Assembly: GCA_028690155.1 (NCBI GenBank)
Contig: JAQVBU010000011.1
Location: forward strand, 12,370 to 76,369
Source of the DNA: Alphaproteobacteria bacterium
GTDB lineage: Bacteria > Pseudomonadota > Alphaproteobacteria > UBA9219
Direction: 5' to 3'
Length of the DNA stretch: 64,000 nt
Below, piece after piece: positions 11,099 to 20,334 of this stretch (the stretch's first letter is position 1; each line of letters opens with the position of its first letter). A program made the position numbers and the translations under genes. The notes beneath the pieces were generated by a model, which saw only the letters and a program-made list of their open reading frames with translations, did not search any database and had not been told where the DNA came from.

Positions 11099-11617
11099 GT
11101 GATCAATATTGAAGATCATATCCGTACCATTCCGGATTATCCAAAACCAGGTATTCTTTTTTACGATATAGGAACACTTCTTGCGCACGGAGCCGCGTGG
11201 AAAGAGACCGTGACGCGCTTTTCCGATTTAATTTCTCCTTTACATCCGGATGTTCTTCTTGGCGTCGAATCGCGAGGGTTTCTTATTGGTTCGGCGGTCG
11301 CGGCGAATCTTGGCCTTTCTTTCATGATGATACGGAAGAAAGGCAAGCTTCCGGGAAAAACGGTTTCCCAATCCTATGCTCTTGAGTATGGCTCTGATAC
11401 CTTAGAAATTCAGGAGGGCATCATCGATTCGGGGAAAAAGGCCGTTTTGTGCGACGACCTTCTGGCAACCGGAGGAACGGCTTCGGCTACGATTGCTTTG
11501 GCGCGTCAGCTTGGACTCGATATTGTTCAGGCAGCCTTTATTATAGAGCTTGGTTTTTTGAACGGACGCGCTCGGTTGGATGTGCCCGTTGGCAGCTTGT
11601 TGTGTTATGATAAATAA
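11099..11617 (+). CDS. apt: Adenine phosphoribosyltransferase
   Basis: IPDYPKPGILFYDI, ESRGF, IRKKGKLPG, YALEYG, PRPP motif LCDDLLATGGT. Confidence 0.97.
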   Translation: MINIEDHIRTIPDYPKPGILFYDIGTLLAHGAAWKETVTRFSDLISPLHPDVLLGVESRGFLIGSAVAANLGLSFMMIRKKGKLPGKTVSQSYALEYGSDTLEIQEGIIDSGKKAVLCDDLLATGGTASATIALARQLGLDIVQAAFIIELGFLNGRARLDVPVGSLLCYDK

Positions 11618-11775
11618 TCAAAGTCGTATGTGTTTTGGTGCATCTTGCCGTTGAGTTAGGCGTGCGTTGTTCAACCCTATGCTTATGTTGTGGTAACGTT
11701 TTGTTTATTCTCTTGGGGTAGCGTTTACTCTTCGGGTTTATCAGTTTTTCTGTCCACTTTTGTTTAGGGTGCTCT

Positions 11776-12162
11776 ATGGCTGTCGATATGAATATGAACG
11801 TCCTGATCGTGGACGATTATAAGACCATGTTGCGAATCATCGAGAATTTGCTGAAGCAGCTCGGCTTCAAAAACATTCATCAGGCGACGGATGGAGGGAT
11901 GGCACTTGAAGTTCTGCATAAAACGAGCGTGGGCTTGATTATCTCCGACTGGAATATGCAACCGATGACAGGTTTGCAACCTTTGAAAGAGGTTCGCGCT
12001 GATCCTAAACTCAAGGCGACGCCGTTTATCATGATTACCGCGGAGAGCAAAACGGAGAACGTGATTGCGGCCAAAGAGGCTGGAGTTAATAACTACATCG
12101 TCAAGCCATTTAATGCCGAAACACTCAAACAAAAGATTGCCGCCGTTCTTGGAAACTTCTAG
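11776..12162 (+). CDS. cheY: Chemotaxis response regulator CheY
   Basis: Single receiver: VLIVDD, IISDWNM, ITAE, YIVKPF; directly upstream of cheZ-like gene. Confidence 0.93.
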   Translation: MAVDMNMNVLIVDDYKTMLRIIENLLKQLGFKNIHQATDGGMALEVLHKTSVGLIISDWNMQPMTGLQPLKEVRADPKLKATPFIMITAESKTENVIAAKEAGVNNYIVKPFNAETLKQKIAAVLGNF

Positions 12163-12179
12163 TCCAAAGGGGAAGAAGA

Positions 12180-12833
12180 ATGACGAAGGAAGACACTCAG
12201 GATCAAATCCGAGAAAAAATCGAAGTGGCTTATGAAGAGACGAAAGTTCCCCTTACTCCCGAAGAGGTTGCCGTTATTGTTCAGCAAGTGACGCAATCGT
12301 TGGAAGGCGATGTTTCGGCGGCGGATCTTAAGTTTTTTTACGAACTTAAGGAATTGGCCCGATACATCCGGCAGGCCAAGAACGAGATTGCCGCGATTAA
12401 GCCGGATGATATCAGCACGAGTTATATTCCGAGTGCGACCGATGAACTGGATGCCGTTGTGGGGGCAACCGAAGATGCCACAAATCGGATTATGGATGTC
12501 TGTGATGAAATGAGCGCCATTGCGGCGGAATGCACGCCGGAACTCAATGAAAAGCTTGTGAATTGCACGACGAAAATTTTCGAGGCCTGCAATTTTCAGG
12601 ATGTGACGGGACAGCGTATTACGAAGGTCGTCGAAGCGCTGAAACATATCGACATGAAGATCGAAGCGCTTGTCAAGGCGATGGGTGAAGAGATTCACCA
12701 TGGCAGCGAAAAGGATCGCGTTCATTCCAATATTCACGCGCCGAGTTCGGAAGAAGGTCTTTTGAACGGGCCTCAACTTCCATCGAATGCTATAAGTCAG
12801 GACGATATCGACAAGCTTTTGTCGGGAAACTGA
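12180..12833 (+). CDS. cheZ: CheZ-like phosphatase (alphaproteobacterial type)
   Basis: ELDAVVGATEDATNRIM and FQDVTGQRITKV (DxxxQ catalytic motif); LLNGPQLP...SQDDIDKLL tail. Confidence 0.88.
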   Translation: MTKEDTQDQIREKIEVAYEETKVPLTPEEVAVIVQQVTQSLEGDVSAADLKFFYELKELARYIRQAKNEIAAIKPDDISTSYIPSATDELDAVVGATEDATNRIMDVCDEMSAIAAECTPELNEKLVNCTTKIFEACNFQDVTGQRITKVVEALKHIDMKIEALVKAMGEEIHHGSEKDRVHSNIHAPSSEEGLLNGPQLPSNAISQDDIDKLLSGN

Positions 12834-12842
12834 CGTTGGCGC

Positions 12843-13556
12843 ATGATTGGCGCGAGGATGGATATGGCCGTCTTTTTTATCGTGTTTGTTTTTTTGCTTG
12901 CCGTGCCCGTTTTTTGGCCATCAGCGGATCTTTTTCTTTCGGGCCTTTTTCATGAGGCGGGGCGAGGTTTTCCTTTAGCCGACTCCTTTCTTTTTCAGGC
13001 TGTGCATGAATTGGCTTTCTATGGAGCGCGTGTCCTTGCGCTCGCCTTTATGGCGTTTCTTCTTGTGGCGCTTGTTCGGCGCAAGAAAGTTTTTTTATCC
13101 TCTAAGGCTTGGATATTTCTCTTTTTGGCCCTTGTGATTGGACCGGGACTTGTGGCCAATGCCGGCTTCAAGGACCATTGGGGGCGTCCACGACCAAGGG
13201 AAGTCGTGGCCTTCGGAGGAACTGAGCGTTTTCTGCCCATTTATGAACCTCAATTTGACGGCGCTCGGTCAAACGGCTCTTTTGTATGCGGCGACGGCGC
13301 GTTCGGTTTTTTTCTGACGGCGTTTGCTTTCGTTGTGCCCTATCGGTTGACGCGGCGGGCGTTTGCCGCGGCGGTAGGTCTTGGCTTGGTGTTCAGCTTT
13401 GTTCGATTAGCAATGGGCGCGCATTTCTTCAGCGATATCGTTTATGCGGCGTTGTTGATGTTCGCGGTCAACACGGCGCTTTTCGCGCTTTTCTATGGAC
13501 GACGCGAGGCTTGGGCGCGGTGGAGGGCGATTATTTGTGGCGGAGCTGACGTGTAA
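12843..13556 (+). CDS. PAP2-family membrane phosphatase
   Basis: KDHWGRPRP (K-X6-RP), SFVCGD, RLAMGAHFFSD; several TM helices. Confidence 0.88.
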   Translation: MIGARMDMAVFFIVFVFLLAVPVFWPSADLFLSGLFHEAGRGFPLADSFLFQAVHELAFYGARVLALAFMAFLLVALVRRKKVFLSSKAWIFLFLALVIGPGLVANAGFKDHWGRPRPREVVAFGGTERFLPIYEPQFDGARSNGSFVCGDGAFGFFLTAFAFVVPYRLTRRAFAAAVGLGLVFSFVRLAMGAHFFSDIVYAALLMFAVNTALFALFYGRREAWARWRAIICGGADV

Positions 13557-14214
13557 GGGCGTTGAGCCGTGCGCAGGTTTCCCTTTCGGCTCGGCCCGTT
13601 ATGTGGTTTGAAACGAAACGGCGTTGAAAGGCTTGCAGCGTGGCGGTTAGGTCTGCCGTGTCATAGCCCAGAAAGGCAAGTTTCGCCGCGACCGAAACGT
13701 CATCCAAAAGAACATCATCGTCTTCGATAAGGCTCGGCCATAAGCCAAGTTTTTGTCGAGCCAAATCTTCCCAAGGGAAAAGTTCGCCGGGATCTTGTTT
13801 ACGGCAAGGCGCGATGTCGCTGTGGGCGAGGAGCCCGGTGAGAGGATCAATGGGGCGACGGTGGACGATGTCGTGCAACAGAGAGATAAGGCCGTTGATT
13901 TGAGAGGACGGAAACGACCGATAGCCAAATTCGTGTCCCGGGTTGACGAGTTCAATGCCGATCGACGCGCTGTTGATATCGCGTTCGCCTTTCCAAAAAC
14001 TTTCTCCGGCATGCCAGGCCCGTTTGTCTTCATCGACGAGAGGCCATGTTGTTCCGTCCTCGTCGATAACATAGTGAGTGCTGACGGGAGTTTTGGGGTC
14101 GCACAGGCGGGTCAAGGCGTCCTTGGCCGTTTTCATCCCCGTGTAATGCAGGACAATCAGGCTTAAGGCGACGTTCGGATCACGTTCGTTGAAATTTGGC
14201 GAACGAAAGATCAT
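13531..14214 (-). CDS. N-acetylmuramoyl-L-alanine amidase (Amidase_2, AmpD/AmiD-like)
   Basis: IVLHYTGM, RAWHAG, SIGIELVN, LAHSDIAP..KQDPG; C-terminal PG-binding-like helices (AFQRRF). Confidence 0.93.
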   Translation of the reverse strand: MIFRSPNFNERDPNVALSLIVLHYTGMKTAKDALTRLCDPKTPVSTHYVIDEDGTTWPLVDEDKRAWHAGESFWKGERDINSASIGIELVNPGHEFGYRSFPSSQINGLISLLHDIVHRRPIDPLTGLLAHSDIAPCRKQDPGELFPWEDLARQKLGLWPSLIEDDDVLLDDVSVAAKLAFLGYDTADLTATLQAFQRRFVSNHITGRAERETCARLNALTRQLRHK

Positions 14215-15017
14215 GTCATGCCCTTTATCTTGCAGACCGTATCGTAGGCGGCGTTGATGCGCTTCATTTTCTCGGTCGCCGTGGCGACAAATTCTTGCGG
14301 CATGCCTTGAGCGATAAGCTTATCGGGATGATGCTCGCGGATCAGCGCGCGGTAGGCCCTTTTGATTTCTTGGGGCGACGCCGTTTCATCAACGCCCAAG
14401 ACTTCAAAAGCTTCGGGAGGCTGATGGCGCGGCCGTTCGCTTTCGGGGAGCGTGACGCCGGATCGTGCGGCAATACGGACAAAATCTTCTGTGGAGAAGC
14501 CAAAAAGAGCCGAAACTTTTTTAAGAAAAACGATTTCACTGGGACTTAATGTTTCTGAATCGGCCGTACCGATGATGAAAAGGCCGCTTAAAATTTCTTC
14601 AAGGACAGAGGGTGTATGATGAAAAACTTGGGCCAGATTCAAGGCATAAGGCTCGAATCCGTAAGGGCTCAAGCGGGCCCGGTCAAAGAGCAAGCCGATC
14701 GAGTTTTCTTGTTCAGGCGTGATCCGAAACACGCGCTTAAAGGCGTTGATTTCTTTCTGTGAAATGCGCCCGTCGGCCCGCGCCATTTTGGCGCTTAGAA
14801 CGACGACGCCCATGGTGAAGGCCGCTTGTTCCAGACGCGCGGCGAACGCTTCATGATTGCGCCACAGAGAAAAGAGGACATCGTTGCTCATTCGGGCTTG
14901 TTTGTCATAGAGATGGCCGACGATGACGCCAAAAAGAAGGCCCCAAAGACCGGCAAAAAAGAAGCCCAAAAGGCCGCCGATAAGTTTTCCTTGGATTTTT
15001 TTGAAGATAAACGCCAC
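14211..15017 (-). CDS. djlA: DjlA-like co-chaperone (TM anchor, TerB-like domain, J domain)
   Basis: N-terminal TM; LSAKMARADG; EIKRAYRALIREHHPDK...MKRINAAY J domain. Confidence 0.9.
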   Translation of the reverse strand: MAFIFKKIQGKLIGGLLGFFFAGLWGLLFGVIVGHLYDKQARMSNDVLFSLWRNHEAFAARLEQAAFTMGVVVLSAKMARADGRISQKEINAFKRVFRITPEQENSIGLLFDRARLSPYGFEPYALNLAQVFHHTPSVLEEILSGLFIIGTADSETLSPSEIVFLKKVSALFGFSTEDFVRIAARSGVTLPESERPRHQPPEAFEVLGVDETASPQEIKRAYRALIREHHPDKLIAQGMPQEFVATATEKMKRINAAYDTVCKIKGMT

Positions 15018-15025
15018 TTGTTTTC

Positions 15026-15044
15026 TATGCTGCTATGCAGCATA
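15026..15044. promoter_or_regulatory. Perfect 8-3-8 inverted repeat in the 36-bp gap between divergent djlA and irr
   Basis: TATGCTGC-TAT-GCAGCATA. Confidence 0.45.
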
Positions 15045-15053
15045 CTTTCTTGC

Positions 15054-15494
15054 ATGAGCCTGAAACGGAAAAAAGCCGAGCGGAAGTATGATTCCTCTAC
15101 GGCTCTTTTGCAAGGCGTAGGATTGCGTCCGACGCTTCAGCGCCTTGTGATGGCGCATATTCTGTTTGACGGCAAGGACCGTCATGTCACGACCGAACAA
15201 GTTTGTGCGGCCTTGTTAAAAAAACGGCAGCATGTCTCGTTAGCGACGGTCTATAATACATTGAATGCCTTTACAAAAGCGGGCCTTCTTCGCCAAACTG
15301 TGATTAACGGGGGCGGGGTTTATTTCGATACGAACACGCGCGCGCATCACCATATTTTCGATGAAAAAAGTCGGAAATTGTCGGATGTTGACGCGTCGTC
15401 CGTGCGGTTTTTATTAAAGCCCAAACTTCCGACCGGTAAAAAATTGGAGCAGGTCGAGGTTGTTTTCCGCGTGCGCTCGGCACGGGATGTTTGA
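15054..15494 (+). CDS. irr: Fur-family regulator, Irr-like
   Basis: GLRPTLQRL, VSLATVYNTLNAF, YFDTNTRAHHHIFDE; no C-terminal CxxC. Confidence 0.8.
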   Translation: MSLKRKKAERKYDSSTALLQGVGLRPTLQRLVMAHILFDGKDRHVTTEQVCAALLKKRQHVSLATVYNTLNAFTKAGLLRQTVINGGGVYFDTNTRAHHHIFDEKSRKLSDVDASSVRFLLKPKLPTGKKLEQVEVVFRVRSARDV

Positions 15495-15565
15495 GGTTTA
15501 TTAATAAATTGTTATTTCAATCCTTTTAAAATGGATTCTCGGCTTTTAGAAAGAGACGGTCTGCC

Positions 15566-16441
15566 ATGTACATGGTTGCTTTTTTGGCGCTGCTCGTGGC
15601 GCTTATCGGAACCTTCACCCAAGTTCATATGAACCAAGCTTCTTCCAGCATGGCTCAACAGTCCGGCGTCGTCGAGTCCTTGGCATCGTGGCATGCGACG
15701 GCCGTGGATTTGGCGCAGAAGTATATTAATACTGCCTCGGCATCGGAATGTTCAATGACCTGCGAAACGCTGGAAAAAGCCCCCGGCGCACTTTCTCTTT
15801 CCACGACCACAGAGCCGGTCGCCGTTGGCGGTTTGTCAGATAACGCGTCCATTAATGCGGATGTGTGGTGGCGCGGCCCCGGAAAGCCCCACTTTCCGGA
15901 TCATGAGGATCCTCCAGTTGTCCAAAAAACGTCCGTTTCTCTATGTAGTGGTTCTTCCGCTTCTTGCGTTTGGGATGAATCGAACGAAACTATTTGCAGT
16001 GGGGAAGGCAAAACGCCCTGTTTTTCCGTTTTGCCCAGCGGATATAATATGAATTACAAATTCTATTCCATCGAGTTTAAGAATACCGACGACAAGTACT
16101 ATGTTTTAACATTCGTGCCGCCTCCGGCCTCGAAAGGCGATGCTTTCGGCGTCGGGCTTTTGTGCCTGCCGGGCAAGATCGACGAGACAGCCGATGGTCC
16201 CTGTCCTTCTCCGCAGAAGCAGGTTTCGATGACTTTCAGCAATCTTTCCAAGGAAATGGAAAAAACGGGGCTTATTCCGCCGACAGCCTACGGCACCGTC
16301 AAGCAGACGGGAAAATTGACGCCCCATATGACGTTGGAGGGGACGACTAAGGGCTCCTACTATACGGTGCCGAGCGTCGTTCCCGTTGGGTCTTTAGGGG
16401 TTATAACAGAGGTCGTTCCATGCTCAAATTGCAGCAGTTAA
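15566..16441 (+). CDS. Membrane-anchored Cys-rich exported protein, possibly a PilM-like accessory of a type IVb pilus
   Basis: Hydrophobic N-terminus MYMVAFLALLVALIG; 10 Cys; overlaps the start of the PilV-like gene. The PilM link is from context only. Confidence 0.45.
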   Translation: MYMVAFLALLVALIGTFTQVHMNQASSSMAQQSGVVESLASWHATAVDLAQKYINTASASECSMTCETLEKAPGALSLSTTTEPVAVGGLSDNASINADVWWRGPGKPHFPDHEDPPVVQKTSVSLCSGSSASCVWDESNETICSGEGKTPCFSVLPSGYNMNYKFYSIEFKNTDDKYYVLTFVPPPASKGDAFGVGLLCLPGKIDETADGPCPSPQKQVSMTFSNLSKEMEKTGLIPPTAYGTVKQTGKLTPHMTLEGTTKGSYYTVPSVVPVGSLGVITEVVPCSNCSS

Positions 16442-17901
16442 CGGGGGCAACGGTGCCTGAGGAAAAAGAAAAGGCGAGGCGCGGTATAAGAAAAAGCCGT
16501 TCTTCGGGCTTCACGCTTGTCGAGCTTGCCATCGTTTTAGGTGTGGCGGGCGTTCTTTTTGGCGGCCTTTGGCGGCTCATGTCCACCAGCAACGCGCAGA
16601 TGCGCGACCAGACGGCGGCGAACCAACAGGCTCAATTGATCGCGGCCGTGAACACCTATCTTCAAACGTCGAAGGGGCAAAAGGATTTGGCCGACCTTGG
16701 TCCAAACGAAAATGGCCCACTTAAGCTTCCCCCAGTGAAAGACCCCGCCGGAAAGCCTTCGTGCGAAGGCAACGCGCCCTCTCCGGGATTATGCTCGATT
16801 TTGCCGGCCGGGGTGTCCGCGGGAACGACAAACCCCTACGGGCAGATCTATAATATTCGTATCAAGAAGGACGACACGCTAAAAGGTACGCCGCCACGCA
16901 CGTATTCATTCATGATTATGACGTCCGGGGGCGACACGATACCGGACGCTTCCGGCGGCCGGATCAGCGCCATGATCGGCGGCGACGGCGGTTTTATCTA
17001 TAGTACGGATACCTGTGGAGATCCTGCGGCGCAATATGCATGCGGTTCTTATGGTTCGTGGAGTTCTGACCTTCACGACGACGACACCTATGGATTTGAT
17101 GCCGACATCGTTAAAGTTGGGCATATTGCTTCGCGGACATACTATCTTCCGTCCCAGAGTGCCAATGAGTTTTGGCTCGCCCGTAGCGCTGTTCTTGGAG
17201 ACACCAATTTTACTTATAACACGATGACCACAGGGCTGTATTTGGACAATCAGACCTTGTCTCTTAAAGAGGGGAAGATTGATTTTGGTTCCGACTACGG
17301 CATCGAAGGACCAACTACAACGCTGAATGATAAAGGAGACACGGTGATTCATCCCGGAGAGATAAAGTTAGTAGGGGAACCCTTCAGCATAGAACTGACG
17401 GCCGATATGTCTAATGGTGGAAATCCGGCGTTCTCATTAAAAGGGGGGTGTACGACCCTCGCCTCTGGCACCGAGCCCCTAGTTAATTATGCCGCCGGCT
17501 GTCAGCCTGTTCAGCAGGTTTTGGGCGACGTTACGGTCGTGGGACAATTGGAGGCGACGGGCCTTTATGCGGTAACCTTCATTTACAATACCTCGGATCG
17601 GCGGTTGAAGGAAAACATCAAACCGATCGACAAGGCACTCGACAGGCTTGGCAAGATCAAACCGGTTTCCTTTACCCTTAAGGCGACGGGCCAGAAAAGC
17701 CTTGGCGTCATCGCCCAAGACCTTGAAAAAGTTTATCCTGAACTTGTCAGAAACGAAAAGGACGGGTTCAAGTCGGTTGCCTATGACGGCCTTATTGCGC
17801 CGTTGATCGCTTCGGTTCAGGAGTTGAAGAAAGAAAACGACGCCCTACGCGTCCAGATGAAGGACCTCGATAGAAGACTTCGCGTTCTCGAAAAAAAGTA
17901 A
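16420..17901 (+). CDS. PilV-like type IV tip pilin with C-terminal Peptidase S74 tail-fibre chaperone domain
   Basis: G|FTLVELAIVLGVAGVLFGGLW; RISAMIGGDGGFIY resembling the shufflon PilV N-domain; C-terminal SDRRLKENIKPI...GVIAQDLEKVYPELV...VAYDGLIAPLIASVQEL plus coiled coil. Confidence 0.88.
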   Translation: MLKLQQLTGATVPEEKEKARRGIRKSRSSGFTLVELAIVLGVAGVLFGGLWRLMSTSNAQMRDQTAANQQAQLIAAVNTYLQTSKGQKDLADLGPNENGPLKLPPVKDPAGKPSCEGNAPSPGLCSILPAGVSAGTTNPYGQIYNIRIKKDDTLKGTPPRTYSFMIMTSGGDTIPDASGGRISAMIGGDGGFIYSTDTCGDPAAQYACGSYGSWSSDLHDDDTYGFDADIVKVGHIASRTYYLPSQSANEFWLARSAVLGDTNFTYNTMTTGLYLDNQTLSLKEGKIDFGSDYGIEGPTTTLNDKGDTVIHPGEIKLVGEPFSIELTADMSNGGNPAFSLKGGCTTLASGTEPLVNYAAGCQPVQQVLGDVTVVGQLEATGLYAVTFIYNTSDRRLKENIKPIDKALDRLGKIKPVSFTLKATGQKSLGVIAQDLEKVYPELVRNEKDGFKSVAYDGLIAPLIASVQELKKENDALRVQMKDLDRRLRVLEKK

Positions 17902-17911
17902 TTTCTGATCG

Positions 17912-18265
17912 TTATTTCTCGACCAGTTTGCACTGGAACACACACGTGTCCGGCGTTTTCTGTATGACGCAGCATACGGGGGCAAGGCCTCCTTTCCCGT
18001 TCTTTTTTTCTTCCCTCGCCGTCAGGCATCCGTCCGTGTCGAGGCCGGCGAAATCGTCGAAGACGTCGTTCTCGTTTTTGAATCCGAATCCCCGTGCCAG
18101 GCAGGCTTGGCCTTCTTCGACCCATTCGGAAGCGGAGAGGTCGTAGCTGCGGCAGGGCACTTCGGTCGAGCAGGTATAACGGCCGAAAACGTGGCCCGTT
18201 TCGCCTACGGCAGAGGATGGCAGGGCGACAAGAGCAACAAGAAGGGACAACGGGATATAACGCAT
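17912..18265 (-). CDS. Small secreted Cys-rich protein
   Basis: GGAG RBS, ATG at 18265, signal peptide MRYIPLSLLVALVALPSSA, 8 Cys in about 95 mature aa. Confidence 0.7.
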   Translation of the reverse strand: MRYIPLSLLVALVALPSSAVGETGHVFGRYTCSTEVPCRSYDLSASEWVEEGQACLARGFGFKNENDVFDDFAGLDTDGCLTAREEKKNGKGGLAPVCCVIQKTPDTCVFQCKLVEK

Positions 18266-18385
18266 GGGGACTCCTCCGATACAAGAAAGATGGCGCGACG
18301 GCAGGCCGCGCGCGCGATTCATCTTCATAATATGCGGAAATTTGGCATGAACATCAAGCGAGAGACGTCCGTTGCCCAAAAAGTC

Positions 18386-18544
18386 TCAATGGACGCTTGT
18401 CGGTTTCATATGATTTTGGCGTACAAGAGCGAAAGCGTTGTCGCGGTCGGCTGTGATGCTGAGCGGCGTGCCATCGGCGGCATAGATTGATTGATAGGTG
18501 CGTCCGCCGACGGTGATGGGCTTGACGTAGGCGACGTTGCTCAT
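18386..18544 (-). CDS. DUF1150-family small protein
   Basis: VAYVKPI...IYAADGTPL...RDNAFALVRQNHMKPTSVH fits the DUF1150 pattern, including the terminal SVH. Confidence 0.75.
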   Translation of the reverse strand: MSNVAYVKPITVGGRTYQSIYAADGTPLSITADRDNAFALVRQNHMKPTSVH

Positions 18545-18784
18545 ATCGCAGGCCTTGAAACCGATTTTAGGGTTTGGTTTCCGTAACGTGAAAGGAAGAG
18601 CTTTTGAAATCATGATAGGATGGAAGCTAGGAAAGATATCATGGCCAACGTCCTGAAGACGCATCGAAAAAACATACGACCATAAAAAAGATAACCAATT
18701 CTTAAAATTCAGCTTATGCTTAACAGAAAAGAACGATCGGTTATCGAAGAAGACCTTCTTTCAACGAGACTTAAGGAGGCTTTT

Positions 18785-19912
18785 ATGCGGATAGGCGTTC
18801 CCAAGGAAATCAAAACGCATGAATATCGCGTCGGGCTGACGGATGTTTCGGTGCGCGAGCTGACGTCCCGAGGGCACAGCGTAATGGTGCAGGCTGGGGC
18901 AGGGCTTGGCGCGGGCATTCTTGATTCCGATTATGCGAAGGTCGGGGCATCGGTTGTAGACGATCCGGCCCAGATTTTTGCGACGGCGGATATGATTGTG
19001 AAGGTCAAGGAGCCTCAGCCGGAGGAATACGGCTTTCTTCGCGCCGACCAAATTCTTTTTACCTACCTGCATCTTGCTCCGGATCCTCACCAGACCGAGG
19101 CTTTGTTGAAGGCTGGGTGCGTCGGGATCGCCTATGAAACAGTGACGGATCGACAAGGGCGATTGCCGCTTTTGTCACCGATGTCCGAGGTTGCCGGACG
19201 GATGGCTGTGCAAGCCGGGGCGCACTATCTGGAAAAGATTTACGGCGGCCGCGGCGTTCTTTTAGGAGGCGTTCCCGGCGTGGACTCTGGAAAAATTGTT
19301 ATTTTGGGTGGCGGCGTCGTGGGAACGAACGCCGCGATGGTGGCTGCGGGTATGGGCGCTGATGTCACCGTACTCGACAAATCGCCTGCGCGCTTGGCCG
19401 AGCTGGACTACCGGTGGGCAGGTCGCGTGCATACTTTGTATGCGACGGCGCATACCATTGAGTCTCAGGTCGTCGAGGCCGACCTTTTGATCGGGGCGGT
19501 TTTGATCCCCGGCGCCGCGACGCCCAAATTGGTTCGTCAGGCTATGCTGGCCAAGATGAAGCGCGGTGCGGTCATTGTGGACGTTGCCATTGACCAGGGG
19601 GGCTGCATCGAGGGTTCCCGGCCTACGACGCATACCCATCCGATTTTTGAAAAGGATGGCGTGATTTTTTATTGCGTGGCGAATATGCCCGGCGCTGTGT
19701 CCCGAACATCGACGTTTGCGCTGAATAACGCGACGCTGCCCTATGTTTTGGCTTTGGCCGACAAGGGATGGCAAAAGGCGTTACGAGACGATGTCGGGTT
19801 TCGGCAAGGGCTTAACGTCGTTCGCGGCAAGATCGTCTATGCGCCTGTCGCGACAGCGTTAGGGCTTCCGTCTTATGATGCCGATCCTTTTTTTGAAGAT
19901 GGCTCTTTTTAA
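18785..19912 (+). CDS. ald: Alanine dehydrogenase
   Basis: MRIGVPKEIK..EYRV, VKVKEP, FTYLHLA, MSEVAGRMA, GGGVVG, DVAIDQGGC, VANMPGAV. Confidence 0.97.
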   Translation: MRIGVPKEIKTHEYRVGLTDVSVRELTSRGHSVMVQAGAGLGAGILDSDYAKVGASVVDDPAQIFATADMIVKVKEPQPEEYGFLRADQILFTYLHLAPDPHQTEALLKAGCVGIAYETVTDRQGRLPLLSPMSEVAGRMAVQAGAHYLEKIYGGRGVLLGGVPGVDSGKIVILGGGVVGTNAAMVAAGMGADVTVLDKSPARLAELDYRWAGRVHTLYATAHTIESQVVEADLLIGAVLIPGAATPKLVRQAMLAKMKRGAVIVDVAIDQGGCIEGSRPTTHTHPIFEKDGVIFYCVANMPGAVSRTSTFALNNATLPYVLALADKGWQKALRDDVGFRQGLNVVRGKIVYAPVATALGLPSYDADPFFEDGSF

Positions 19913-20334
19913 GGAGACCGTTCGTCCGTTTTGATAATTGGCGTGTTTTCAAGTGTCCGGTGAAGAGGAGACTTGGCTGAAACGTCGATCAGTTTTGCCC
20001 GTTGTTCCTCGGTCAGGTCTGCACCACGTACGATAACGTGTTTTTCAAACACATCAACGGGATAGGGCGCCCCTTCGCGGCGTTCCTTATGAAAATCCAC
20101 AAGGACTTCAACTTCTTCGAGGGGCCAATTCTGTTGTTCGGCATACAGCCGTATCGTTATGGCCGTACATTCGCCCAAGGCAGCGGCCAACAGGTCATAG
20201 GGACTGGGGCCTGTGTCGTTGCCGCCGAAGGAAACGGGCTCGTCCCCCTTAATTCTGAAACCGGAAACATCAATGGTCACGGCATAGGGACTTTCGCCGT
20301 TTTCGCGTACGTGCGCGTGAGTTTTTGCTGACAC
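19909..20334 (-). CDS. OsmC/YhfA-family protein
   Basis: DEPVSFGGNDTGPSPYDLLAAALGECT; second Cys position reads KSPLHRTL. Confidence 0.85.
   Translation of the reverse strand: MSAKTHAHVRENGESPYAVTIDVSGFRIKGDEPVSFGGNDTGPSPYDLLAAALGECTAITIRLYAEQQNWPLEEVEVLVDFHKERREGAPYPVDVFEKHVIVRGADLTEEQRAKLIDVSAKSPLHRTLENTPIIKTDERSP

Noticed and set aside
11960-11990. CheY reads GLQPLKEVR where GLQLLKEVR is expected (CCT versus CTT)
   Set aside because: A single-base difference that could be a sequencing or assembly error; cannot be judged without reads.
17901-18700. Possible shufflon downstream of the PilV-like gene
   Set aside because: No inverted repeat sites, alternative C-terminal cassettes or tyrosine recombinase seen.
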